Origin: Candidatus Kuenenbacteria bacterium CG10_big_fil_rev_8_21_14_0_10_36_11
Lineage (GTDB): Bacteria; Patescibacteriota; Patescibacteriia; UBA2196
Assembly: GCA_002778535.1 (NCBI GenBank)
Contig: PFBP01000039.1
Location: 5,695 to 44,409 of the forward strand
DNA: 38,715 nucleotides
Reading direction: 5' to 3'
Below the pieces are notes generated by a model. The model was not told the DNA's origin. It saw only the letters and a program-made list of their open reading frames with translations, and ran no database searches. Below, piece by piece: positions 1 through 8,228 of this stretch; the stretch's first letter is position 1, and every line of letters begins with the position of its first letter. The position numbers and the translations under genes were made by a program.

Positions 1-37
1 AAAATGAAAATAACAAAATTTAATTTTAAATAAAAAT

Positions 38-196
38 ATGTTAGTTTTTTTAGACGATTCAGGCGATCCTGGTTTTAAATTAGATCAAGGTTCAACCAGT
101 CATTTTGTTATAGCCATGGTCTGTTTTGACGATGAACTGGAAGCGGAGAAAACAGCCATTGCCATTAAAGAACTTAAAAGGGAATTAAAATTTAGC
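38..196 (+). pseudogene. DUF3800-family gene, N-terminal fragment only
   Basis: ORF 38..493 opens MLVFLDDSGDPGFKLDQGSTSHFVIAMV, the characteristic DUF3800 N-terminus. After about residue 53 the translation runs through GC-rich hairpins and a terminator (348..415) and loses protein-like character. Full-length family members are much longer. Confidence 0.45.
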
Positions 197-199
197 GAA

Positions 200-298
200 C
201 AGAAAAGAGCCCAAAAAGGGCCTTTTCCAACCACGTCCCTATGTCCCATGTCGGGACCACGCCACCATCCGGTGACAGTTCAGGATACAGGTTTTTGT
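200..298 (-). ncRNA. Candidate small RNA of unknown class
   Basis: Lies downstream of a minus-strand TTGACA-N18-TATACT promoter (305..334). Ends in a weak GGCCC-UUUUU-GGGCU hairpin followed by CUUUUCUG (200..222). Internal GUCCC/GGGAC and CACC/GGUG stems are present. No match to any RNA family I can recognise. Confidence 0.2.
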
Positions 299-304
299 AA
301 TTTC

Positions 305-334
305 AGTATAGCATATTATTTTAAATCCTGTCAA
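305..334 (-). promoter_or_regulatory. Sigma70-like promoter TTGACA-N18-TATACT (minus strand)
   Basis: The reverse complement of 305..334 reads ttgacaggatttaaaataatatgctatact. Confidence 0.35.
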
Positions 335-347
335 ATCAAGTTATCCA

Positions 348-370
348 CCGCCCAAATCGGGCGGTTTTTT
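348..370 (+). terminator. Rho-independent terminator
   Basis: Stem CCGCCC / GGGCGG with loop AAATC, followed by TTTTTT. Confidence 0.55.
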
Positions 371-375
371 ATTTG

Positions 376-415
376 TCCCCTCCTTTTCAAGGAGGGGAGA
401 CACGACGAAGTCGTG
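376..415. repeat. GC-rich hairpin pair (TCCCCTCC-ttttcaa-GGAGGGGA, then CACGAC-gaa-GTCGTG)
   Basis: Two perfect short hairpins stand out compositionally from the AT-rich surroundings. They are translated as PLLFKEGRHDEVV in the spurious tail of ORF 38..493. Confidence 0.5.
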
Positions 416-534
416 ACAGGGGTGGTTATAATGGGGCGGTTATTTTTGGTTAACATTAGCCGTTTGAAAAAGTCAAGTGCTAATTATGAATAAATTAAAT
501 AAAATATCCAAATTAATTTATTCTATTTTTTACC

Positions 535-563
535 TTGACTTTTTCAAAAATCAATGCTAAAAT
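535..563 (+). promoter_or_regulatory. Sigma70-like promoter TTGACT-N17-TAAAAT with TGc extended -10
   Basis: ttgact ttttcaaaaatcaatgc taaaat, located upstream of sppA. Confidence 0.45.
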
Positions 564-718
564 CAAGGCATATGAGCGTATATCAAAAAATTATAAATGA
601 ATTTATTTTAGGGTCTTGTCTAGCAAATTAATGATATAATGCTAGATATGCTCATTAAATATAGCCAATTAAGTGATTACAAAATAAAAAAGTTTTTAAA
701 CTTACTGGTATTGCAGTT

Positions 719-1516
719 TTGGTTTTTATAGTAATTTCCTTTTGTGTTGGGTTGTTTTTCATTTTTATTGGCGATGATAGTGAAGAAATCACTGCTGAAG
801 AATCTGCAGAACAAGAAAATTGCAATGTCTATGGCGTTGTTTTGCATGGCGAATTGGTTACCTATATTCCTCAAAATGATTTTAATGAGAGCGGCTCTGT
901 AATAACTGATAAAGTTGCTTCAGAGGATTTGGTTTATTACATTGACCAAGCGGAAAAAGATGAAAAAATTAAAGCCATTGTTTTAGAAATAGATTCTTAC
1001 GGCGGCGGGCCGGTGGCTGATGAAGAAGTGGCTAATGCTTTGAAAAGAGCGACTAAACCAACCGTGGCTTTAATTAGAAGCGCTGGTTTGTCCGCGGCTT
1101 ATTATGCCGCCACTGGCGCCGATGTTATTTTTGCGGCCAAAGAATCAGATGTCGGCAGTATCGGCGTCACTCTTTCATATCTGGATTATGCTAAACAAAA
1201 CCAAAATAATGGCGCAACTTTTAATCAGATAAGTTCTGGAAAATACAAGGACTTGATGAACCCTGATAAACTGCTCACTGACGAAGAGAAATCTTTACTT
1301 ATGAGAGATGTTGAAATCATAAAAAAAAATTTTATTAAAGCGGTGGCAGAGAACAGAAAATTAGATATTAACAAAGTTAGGGTATTGGCTGATGGTTCTT
1401 CAATGCTTGGTGAGATGGCTTTGAAAAATGGTTTGATTGATAGGATTGGCGGGTATTATGAAGTTAAAGAATATTTAAAAGAACAGATTGGAGAAGAGGT
1501 GGAGATTTGCTGGTAA
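719..1516 (+). CDS. sppA: Signal peptide peptidase SppA (S49 family, 36K type)
   Basis: Motifs IKAIVLEIDSYGGGPVA, IRSAGLSAAYYAATGAD and DVGSIGV, plus an N-terminal TM anchor. The start is uncertain: TTG 719 is the only plausible in-frame start after the stop at 674, and there is no ATG. Confidence 0.8.
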   Translation: MVFIVISFCVGLFFIFIGDDSEEITAEESAEQENCNVYGVVLHGELVTYIPQNDFNESGSVITDKVASEDLVYYIDQAEKDEKIKAIVLEIDSYGGGPVADEEVANALKRATKPTVALIRSAGLSAAYYAATGADVIFAAKESDVGSIGVTLSYLDYAKQNQNNGATFNQISSGKYKDLMNPDKLLTDEEKSLLMRDVEIIKKNFIKAVAENRKLDINKVRVLADGSSMLGEMALKNGLIDRIGGYYEVKEYLKEQIGEEVEICW

Positions 1517-1576
1517 AATAATTTTAAAAAATTCTTCATTATTTGAGGGATTTTTTTGTTGGATGATAAAGATTTT

Positions 1577-1607
1577 TCTGGATCCTGACTTTCGTCAGGA
1601 TGACAAA
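1577..1607. repeat. Hairpin repeat family A (tctGGATCCTGAC-tttc-GTCAGGATGACaaa)
   Basis: Reverse complement of the copy at 16967..16997. A partial second unit (gagcgggaatgataa) lies at 1611..1625. Intergenic between sppA and mrdA. Confidence 0.8.
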
Positions 1608-1685
1608 CAAGAGCGGGAATGATAATAAAATTTCCTTGTTTTTATCTGCTAAAATGCTAATATGTTAATAAGTTAAAATGTTTTT

Positions 1686-3614
1686 ATGACTAATCATTTT
1701 GCCACGCCAGAAGATTTATTAAAAACTTCAAAAAAATATCATGCTGAAAGCAATCAAGCGGGCGGTGATGGTTTTTTTATGGATAAAAAATACACTGGCA
1801 GTGTCAGCCGGCTGGCTTTAGCGCCTAAAGTTAGATTTTCTTTTTTAATGATTGTCTTGGCAGTTTTTTTGCTTTGGGCAAGGGTTTTTTATTTGCAGAT
1901 TAATAAGGGCGTGGAGTTTCGCGGCGAGGCCGAAGGCAATCGCATCAGAAGCGAAATTGTTCTGGGACCGCGCGGTTTGTTTTATGATCGCCATCGCATG
2001 CCCTTGACTGTTAACCAGCCGCAGTTCAGTTTGGTGTTAGAAAGAAATTATTTGGTTCAAGCTTTGAGGGACAAAATTTTTAACAGGCAGGAGCTGGTTC
2101 AAAAAATAGTTTTAGCCACTGGTCTTCAAGAGAAAGCAGTCAGAGAAAAAGTGGTACGATTTCTGGATAATGAAAATGGCCCGGCTCTTGATTTTGAACT
2201 TGATTATAATAAAGCCATGGTTTTTAAAGCCGGCAGCCAGGAATCGCTTGACTGGCAATTAGAAATAAGATCAGAACGGCAATATCTTGATGGTTATAGT
2301 TTAGGCCACATTTTGGGTTATTTGGGCCGCGTTGACCCGGTTGAATGGCCGCAACTCAAAAAAAATAATTATCAGTTCACTGATTTAATCGGGCAGGCTG
2401 GTTTGGAAAAACAATATGAAAAAGAATTGCGTGGCGAACCAGGCCGGCTTGATCATGAAGTGAATGCCAAAGGAGAAGAAATTAAAATTTTAGGACAAGA
2501 GCCAACTGTGCCTGGGGCTGATTTAATTTTAACTTTGGATTATGAGTTGACAAAAAAAATAAGTGAAATTTTAGGCCAAACAATTGCGCAGCTTAATTTA
2601 AACAAAGCCGCGGCTGTAGTTATTGATCCAAGCAACGGAGAGATTTTGGCTCTGGTTTCTCTGCCAGCGTTTGATAATAATCTTTTTACCAAACCAGCTT
2701 TGCATAATCAAGCATTAGATGCTCTTTTCAGCAACAAAAATCAGCCCATGTTTAACCGGGTCATTGCTGGCGAATATCCATCTGGCTCTACTATTAAACC
2801 AATGATTGCCGCGGCTGGTTTAGAGGAAGGATTGATTGCTAAAAATACCAAAGTTTTGAGTGTAGGTGGCTTGAGAATTGATAAATGGTTTTTTCCTGAT
2901 TGGAAAGCTGGGGGACATGGCATTACTAATGTGATTAAGGCCTTGGCCGAATCAGTAAATACTTTTTTTTATTATTTAGGCGGTGGCTATGAAGATTTCA
3001 AAGGTCTGGGTTTGGAAAAAATCGTGTCTTATGCTAAATTATTTGGTTTTGGCAGTGCATTAGGCATAGATCTGCCAGGAGAACAGGCAGGTTTTTTGCC
3101 AACTAAAGAATGGAAGGAACAGACTAAAAATGAGGCTTGGTATATTGGCGACACTTATCATTTATCAATTGGACAGGGTGATGTTTTGGTGACACCATTG
3201 CAGATAGCGAGTATGACTGCCACTATTGCTAATGGCGGCAAGGTCTATGAGCCGCATTTAGTCAAAGAAATTTTTTATTCAAAAATTAATAAAAAACAAA
3301 TTATTGAACCAAAAATTATCAGAAGCGATTTTATAAAAACAGAAAATTTAGATATTGTGCGCCAGGGCATGCGCCAGGCAGTCTTGAATGGTTCTGCCCG
3401 CGCCTTGGTTGATTTAAATTTTTCCACCGCGGCCAAAACAGGCACAGCCCAAGTTGGAGGAAATAATAGCCCGCACGCCTGGCTGACTGTTTTCGCGCCT
3501 TATGAAGCGCCGGAAATTGCTTTAACTGTTCTTATTGAAAATGGACAGGAAGGTTCTCTTACTGCTCTGCCAGCGGCTAAAGAAATTTTGGCTTGGTATT
3601 TTGGAAGAAAGTAG
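1686..3614 (+). CDS. mrdA: Penicillin-binding protein 2 / peptidoglycan D,D-transpeptidase
   Basis: SxxK (GSTIKP), SxN (SVN) and KTG (KTGTAQ) motifs in the correct order. N-terminal TM helix and PBP dimerisation region. Confidence 0.85.
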   Translation: MTNHFATPEDLLKTSKKYHAESNQAGGDGFFMDKKYTGSVSRLALAPKVRFSFLMIVLAVFLLWARVFYLQINKGVEFRGEAEGNRIRSEIVLGPRGLFYDRHRMPLTVNQPQFSLVLERNYLVQALRDKIFNRQELVQKIVLATGLQEKAVREKVVRFLDNENGPALDFELDYNKAMVFKAGSQESLDWQLEIRSERQYLDGYSLGHILGYLGRVDPVEWPQLKKNNYQFTDLIGQAGLEKQYEKELRGEPGRLDHEVNAKGEEIKILGQEPTVPGADLILTLDYELTKKISEILGQTIAQLNLNKAAAVVIDPSNGEILALVSLPAFDNNLFTKPALHNQALDALFSNKNQPMFNRVIAGEYPSGSTIKPMIAAAGLEEGLIAKNTKVLSVGGLRIDKWFFPDWKAGGHGITNVIKALAESVNTFFYYLGGGYEDFKGLGLEKIVSYAKLFGFGSALGIDLPGEQAGFLPTKEWKEQTKNEAWYIGDTYHLSIGQGDVLVTPLQIASMTATIANGGKVYEPHLVKEIFYSKINKKQIIEPKIIRSDFIKTENLDIVRQGMRQAVLNGSARALVDLNFSTAAKTGTAQVGGNNSPHAWLTVFAPYEAPEIALTVLIENGQEGSLTALPAAKEILAWYFGRK

Positions 3615-3624
3615 GGACAGGCTA

Positions 3625-3652
3625 TTAGGCTGGGTTTTAAAACCCAGCCTAA
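3625..3652. repeat. Palindrome family B, perfect 28-mer TTAGGCTGGGTTTTAAAACCCAGCCTAA
   Basis: Perfect palindrome 11 nt after the mrdA stop. Probably acts as a terminator hairpin. Related copies at 19207, 22879 and 17469. Confidence 0.8.
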
Positions 3653-3670
3653 AATATTTACCTATTTCGC

Positions 3671-3699
3671 TTGACAAGATATTTCACATCTTGTATCTT
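3671..3699 (+). promoter_or_regulatory. Sigma70-like promoter TTGACA-N17-TATCTT
   Basis: ttgaca agatatttcacatcttg tatctt, 35 nt upstream of the greA ATG. Confidence 0.5.
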
Positions 3700-3733
3700 G
3701 TATGTTATACACAAATTAAACCATAATAATTTT

Positions 3734-4204
3734 ATGTCTCAAGAGCAAACATATATTACAAAAGAAGGCCTGGATAAATTAAAACAGGAATTGCATGAAT
3801 TAGTCCAAGTTAAAAGAAAAGAGGTGATTGCGAAAATTGAACAAGCCAAAGAATTTGGCGATTTAAGCGAGAACGCGGAATACCATGCGGCCAGAGACGA
3901 ACAAGCTTTTATTGAAGGCAGAATTGCCGAATTAAATAGTATTTTAAAAAATATTACTATTATTGAAGAAACCAAATCTTGCGGTTTAGTTTTGGTTGGT
4001 TCAAAAATTAGAATTATTGATGAAGATAATAAGATGGCGAAAGAATATAAAATAGTCGGTTCTGAAGAAGCTGATCCGACCCAGGGCCTAATCTCTAATG
4101 AATCGCCAATCGGACGGGCTTTCCTTGGCAAGAAAGCAGGCGATATAGTAGAAATTCAAACGCCTAGAGGTTGTTTAAAATACAAGATTACTGAAATTGT
4201 TTGA
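3734..4204 (+). CDS. greA: Transcription elongation factor GreA
   Basis: MSQEQTYITKEGLDKLKQELHEL followed by GDLSENAEYHAARDEQ (acidic coiled-coil tip), with a C-terminal FKBP-like domain. ATG 3734 is preferred to the track start 3671, which overlaps the promoter. Confidence 0.9.
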   Translation: MSQEQTYITKEGLDKLKQELHELVQVKRKEVIAKIEQAKEFGDLSENAEYHAARDEQAFIEGRIAELNSILKNITIIEETKSCGLVLVGSKIRIIDEDNKMAKEYKIVGSEEADPTQGLISNESPIGRAFLGKKAGDIVEIQTPRGCLKYKITEIV

Positions 4205-4296
4205 CAAATCGCGGCTATCGGTTATACTTTTTAATAAAATTATTTTTTTAAAGACGTTTCGCAGAATTAAACTGCGAAAAATAATTTAATTTGTTT

Positions 4297-4449
4297 ATGA
4301 AAATCAAGGAATGCCGTTATTGTGGCATGCCTCTTGATGAGGAGGCCACGGATAAAATTTGCGACTATTGCCGTAATGACGAGGCCAGAGAAATGATCAA
4401 TTTGAGCGATGGCGAGGATGAAGAAGAAATGACATTGGAAGAATTTTAA
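4297..4449 (+). CDS. Small zinc-ribbon protein with acidic tail (50 aa)
   Basis: Manual translation: MKIKECRYCGMPLDEEATDKICDYCRNDEAREMINLSDGEDEEEMTLEEF. It has two CxxC pairs and is followed directly by a strong terminator. It is below the track size cut-off, so the opposite-strand ORF 4267..4452 is probably its shadow. Confidence 0.55.
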   Translation: MKIKECRYCGMPLDEEATDKICDYCRNDEAREMINLSDGEDEEEMTLEEF

Positions 4450-4453
4450 CAAA

Positions 4454-4486
4454 CCAAAACCCCGTTTAAACGGGGTTTTGGTTTTG
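4454..4486 (+). terminator. Rho-independent terminator
   Basis: CCAAAACCCCG-tttaaa-CGGGGTTTTGG followed by TTTTGG. Confidence 0.7.
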
Positions 4487-4524
4487 GTGGACAGAAAGCT
4501 GGTAAAAGATTACAATAGAATTAT

Positions 4525-6021
4525 ATGTTATCTTACCGTACACTTGAAATTATACCAGGAATCACTCTTTGGCTGACATTTATGACCGCTATTGTTTTAT
4601 CGTTTATCAAACCATTATGGGTGATTTATTTTATTTTGCTTTATGATTTATACTGGCTGATACGCATTATGTATTTTGTGCTTTATCTGTTTGTGGGTTT
4701 AAAAAGGTATCGGGCGGTTAATAAAACCAACTGGTTAACTGAAATTAAAAAAATAGGCGGCTATGAAAAATATTATCATTTAATAATCTTGCCGACTAAA
4801 GTTGAAAGTTATCAGGTTTTACGAGATACTCTTTTGGGTTTGGCGCACGCGGATTATGATACGAAAAAATTTATTGTTATTCTTTCTCGCGAATGCGGCG
4901 CGAGCGCTGGTCAATGTTTTGAAGATCAGTTCAGAGAAACTGCTAATCTTTTGCATCAGGAATTTGACGAAAAATTTTATCAGTTATTTGATATTATTCA
5001 TCCTTCGCCGCCGGCGACGGAACTGCGTGGCAAAGGTTCCAATGCCACTTGGGCCGTGAAGAAAATCAAAGCAGAGTTTATTGACCCCAATCATATTCCA
5101 GAGGAAAATATTATTGTTTCCAATTTTGATTCAGATACTTATGTTTATCCGCAATATTTTTCCAGACTAATGTATTTGTGGCTGACAGCGGATAATCCGC
5201 ATCATCATTCTTATCAGCCTTTGACTCTTTATAATAATAATATCTGGGACGCGTCGTCATTTGCGCGCGTGGTAGCCAATTCTACCACCTTCTGGCTCAT
5301 GGCTGATAAGGCCCGGCCAGAAAGATTGTTCACTTTTTCTTCGCATAGTATGAGTTTTAAAACATTAGTCGCGGTTGGCTATTGGGCAACAGATATTGTG
5401 ACCGAAGATTCGCGCATTTTTCTGCAGTGTTTTGAACATTATAACGGCGATTATTCTACGATTCCAATGTACGTGCCTATTTCTATGGACACTGTCATGG
5501 GCGAAACAATCTGGCAGACAATCAAAGGCCAGTATAAGCAAATGAGGCGCTGGGCATGGTCAGTAGAACATTTTCCCTGGATGATCACGCGCTTTAGCAG
5601 AAACAAAAATATTCCCTGGTTAAAAAAAATCAGATATTTATTCAATCAGACAGAAGGGCAATTTTCTTGGGCAACTGGGCCGGTTTTTATGTTGATTCTC
5701 GGCCGTTTGCCTTTGTACATTGCTTCATACCAAGGTTTAGAAAATGTGATTGTGCAGAATGCGCCGTTTGTAATGGAAACCATCATGGCCCTGGCCATGA
5801 TTGGCGTAATTTTTTCCGCCATTGTTAATGTGTATTTTTTGCCAGAGCGGCCGGCCCGATGCAAAAAAATTAAATGGCTGGCCATGGTCGCGCAATGGTT
5901 TTTACTGCCCATTACCATGATCGCGTTTGGTTCTGTGCCAGCAACTGACGCGCAAACAAGACTCATGCTTGGCGGTAAATTCAGATTAGGATTTGATGTA
6001 ACAATGAAACATAGGAAGTAG
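4525..6021 (+). CDS. Membrane-embedded family-2 glycosyltransferase (processive, cellulose-synthase-like)
   Basis: N- and C-terminal TM helices, an NFDSDTY (DxD-like) motif, and QMRRW, which matches the Q(Q/R)xRW signature of processive GT2 enzymes. Confidence 0.65.
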   Translation: MLSYRTLEIIPGITLWLTFMTAIVLSFIKPLWVIYFILLYDLYWLIRIMYFVLYLFVGLKRYRAVNKTNWLTEIKKIGGYEKYYHLIILPTKVESYQVLRDTLLGLAHADYDTKKFIVILSRECGASAGQCFEDQFRETANLLHQEFDEKFYQLFDIIHPSPPATELRGKGSNATWAVKKIKAEFIDPNHIPEENIIVSNFDSDTYVYPQYFSRLMYLWLTADNPHHHSYQPLTLYNNNIWDASSFARVVANSTTFWLMADKARPERLFTFSSHSMSFKTLVAVGYWATDIVTEDSRIFLQCFEHYNGDYSTIPMYVPISMDTVMGETIWQTIKGQYKQMRRWAWSVEHFPWMITRFSRNKNIPWLKKIRYLFNQTEGQFSWATGPVFMLILGRLPLYIASYQGLENVIVQNAPFVMETIMALAMIGVIFSAIVNVYFLPERPARCKKIKWLAMVAQWFLLPITMIAFGSVPATDAQTRLMLGGKFRLGFDVTMKHRK

Positions 6022-6026
6022 TAAAT

Positions 6027-6078
6027 AAATTACTAATTTCTAATTACTAAAAAAATTTAATTTAGAAATTAGAAATTT
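6027..6078. repeat. Inverted 7-nt-period arrays (aattact/aatttct/aattact ... tagaaat/tagaaat)
   Basis: taatttctaa pairs with ttagaaatta across an A-rich loop. Lies between the GT2 stop and tRNA-Gln. Same heptamer-array class as the copies inside CDSs. Confidence 0.6.
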
Positions 6079-6091
6079 GATATTTTATTAT

Positions 6092-6165
6092 TCGGGGATC
6101 GTCTAATGGCAGGACATCAGGCTCTGAACCTGAGAATCGAGGTCCGAATCCTTGTCCCCGAGCCA
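6092..6165 (+). tRNA. tRNA-Gln (anticodon CUG), CCA encoded
   Basis: Hand-folded cloverleaf. Acceptor TCGGGGA/TCCCCGA with U1-A72 (typical of bacterial tRNA-Gln). D stem GTCT/GGAC. Anticodon stem TCAGG/CCTGA with loop CU-CUG-AA. T stem CGAGG/CCTTG with loop TCCGAAT. Discriminator G followed by CCA. Confidence 0.9.
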
Positions 6166-6279
6166 AATTTTAATGTGAAGTAAATTTTTAATTTTTCAGT
6201 TTGGGCTTTATTATATTTGTTGTCATTTTACGTTTTTATTGAATTTTGCTATACTAATATGTAGTGGACAATTTATTAA

Positions 6280-8226
6280 ATGGAAAATAAAAATATGCAC
6301 TCCAACAAACCAAAAAATAGTGAGGTTGATGCCTACACTTACATAAAAGAGGAATTAGAAAAACTTGGTTGGAATGTTAAAAATCCCGCTAGATTTTTAG
6401 AAGGAGAAGTTTATAAGCAAAATGAAGTAATGGCTAACGATGAACTTAAAAAATGTCTTGGCAGAGATATGCCAGAGGCAGTTGTTAAATTAAAAGAAAA
6501 TTTTTTTTGGGTTATTGAAAGTAAAAGAAATAAAAAGGATATTAGTAAAGCGCTTGATGAGGCAAAAAATCAATATGCTAAAAAAATAAATCAAAGCAAA
6601 CAAATAAAATGCGTTTTGATTTCTGGAGTTGCTGGTAACGGTAGCGATGGTTTTGTTGTAGAGAATCAAGTTTTAAAAGATGGTTTGTGGAAAACAATTT
6701 TATTTGAAGAAAAAAAGACAAAAAATATTTTACTTTCAAAGAAACAGATCGACTTTATTTTTAATAAAGAAAAAAAAGAAATTTTGGAAAATAAAAATGA
6801 AATTCTTTATAAAAATCTTCCAGATGTTCCAGAAGAAAAATATATTGAAGTTGCGGAAGATATAAATGAACTTCTGCATAATTACGGAATTAATAAAAAC
6901 AAAAGGGCAAGATTTATTGCGGGTCTTGTCTTGGCATACTCCGCAGGGGAGATTGAAAGGCAAACAGAAAATACAATAACGCTCGTCAAAAATATAAATA
7001 ATTTAATAGAACAAAAATTAATTGAAGTTGAAAAACCAAATTTTCTTAATTTTCTAATATTGGAAGTTCCGCCAGTTAGAGAAAATCATAATAAATACAG
7101 GCAAGCAATAAAAGAAACATTAAATAAATTAGATACTCTTGATATTAAAAACGCAATGAATTCCGGCAGGGATATTTTAGGAGAGTTTTATGGAAAATTT
7201 TTGAAATATGGAAATGGAGCTAAAGAAATTGGAATTGTTTTGACCCCAAGACACATAACCAAATTTGCCGCTCGGGTTTTAAATATCAGTTCAAATGATT
7301 TTGTTTTGGACCCTGCTTGTGGTTCCTCGGGATTTTTAGTTTCTTCCTTTGATTATGTTAAAGCAAATTCAAATATAAACGAAATTGATAAATTTAAAAA
7401 TTACAATCTTTTTGGCATTGAACAAGAAGATGAAGTTGTCGCGCTGGCTCTTGTCAATATGATTTTTAGAGGGGACGGAAGGAATAATATGAGTCCTGGA
7501 AATTGTTTTTATAAAAATATTTTTAAAACGACAAAAAATGGAAATTTAACTGGCGAATTTAAACTTGAACAAGAGTATGTCCATGAAAACAAAAATCCAA
7601 TAATTACAAAAGTATTGATGAATCCGCCGTTTGCGCTTAAAAACTCAAAAGAAAAAGAAAAAGATTTTATTAATTATGCTTTATTACAAATGCAGGATAA
7701 TGGAATTTTATTTGCAATTGTGCCAATTTCTGTGATGGTTGAGGGCAGTGGCAAAATATGGAGGAAAGAATTATTAGAAAACCATACATTATTATCAGTT
7801 ATAACTTTTCCAGAAGATCTTTTTTACCCCGTAAGCGTTGGCACGGTTGGCATCTTTATTAAAAAAGGCATTCCTCATAATTTTGGAAAACAAAATGTTT
7901 ATTTTGCAAGAACAATAAGCGATGGGTTTAGAAAGAAAAAAGGGAAAAGAATTTTTAATGAAAATTTTGAAAACAAGCTTGAAGAAGTGGTGGATGAATT
8001 AAAAGCATTTCTTGTAAATCAAAACTTAAATCTTAAAGATGTGCCGGAATTAAAAAGGATATGCTTACTAGATAAATTTGATACTGGTATTGAATTGGTA
8101 CCAGAAGCGTATATTGAAAGCAAAATCCCTACCTTAAACGAAATAGAAAGCGGAGTTGAAGAAATGATAAAGGAAGCTCTTGCATTTAAAATTAAATACT
8201 CTGATAAACTTGAAGGTAAAAAATAG
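6280..8226 (+). CDS. Fused PD-(D/E)xK nuclease-like N-domain and gamma-class N6-adenine DNA methyltransferase (type IIB BcgI-A-like or HsdM-like)
   Basis: The N-terminus has GWNV...GRDMPEAVVKLKENFFWVIESKRNKKD, an HsdR_N-type PE...ExK motif. Methylase motif I (VLDPACGSSGFLV, preceded by LTPRHI) comes before motif IV (NPPF). Visibly more AT-rich than its neighbours. Confidence 0.7.
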   Translation: MENKNMHSNKPKNSEVDAYTYIKEELEKLGWNVKNPARFLEGEVYKQNEVMANDELKKCLGRDMPEAVVKLKENFFWVIESKRNKKDISKALDEAKNQYAKKINQSKQIKCVLISGVAGNGSDGFVVENQVLKDGLWKTILFEEKKTKNILLSKKQIDFIFNKEKKEILENKNEILYKNLPDVPEEKYIEVAEDINELLHNYGINKNKRARFIAGLVLAYSAGEIERQTENTITLVKNINNLIEQKLIEVEKPNFLNFLILEVPPVRENHNKYRQAIKETLNKLDTLDIKNAMNSGRDILGEFYGKFLKYGNGAKEIGIVLTPRHITKFAARVLNISSNDFVLDPACGSSGFLVSSFDYVKANSNINEIDKFKNYNLFGIEQEDEVVALALVNMIFRGDGRNNMSPGNCFYKNIFKTTKNGNLTGEFKLEQEYVHENKNPIITKVLMNPPFALKNSKEKEKDFINYALLQMQDNGILFAIVPISVMVEGSGKIWRKELLENHTLLSVITFPEDLFYPVSVGTVGIFIKKGIPHNFGKQNVYFARTISDGFRKKKGKRIFNENFENKLEEVVDELKAFLVNQNLNLKDVPELKRICLLDKFDTGIELVPEAYIESKIPTLNEIESGVEEMIKEALAFKIKYSDKLEGKK

Positions 8227-8228
8227 CT

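Noticed and set aside
200-298. The candidate small RNA as SRP (4.5S) RNA.
   Set aside because: There is a superficial resemblance (GUCACCGGAUGGUGGCG versus the GUCAGGUCCGGAAGGAAGCAGC region). However, the GNRA tetraloop and the conserved AGCA/GGAA symmetric-loop residues are missing.
3739-4131. Minus-strand ORFs nested inside well-supported plus-strand genes: 3739..4131, 2741..2923, 5451..5966, 6736..6963, 8019..8401, 10953..11144, 15932..16153, 19754..21262, 32300..34469, 35393..36247, 37603..37863 and 38381..38710.
   Set aside because: Each lies antisense to a CDS with strong family motifs (greA, PBP2, GT2, methylase, typA, uvrD, FG-GAP, DUF4012, tagA, gltX). They have odd composition and no motifs, so they look like shadow ORFs typical of AT-rich DNA.
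4202-4204. An alternative genetic code (UGA reassigned, as in some CPR lineages).
   Set aside because: TGA terminates greA exactly at the family-typical C-terminus, and also ends the GT2-GT4 gene in an ATGA overlap with the next start. No conserved protein here needs read-through.
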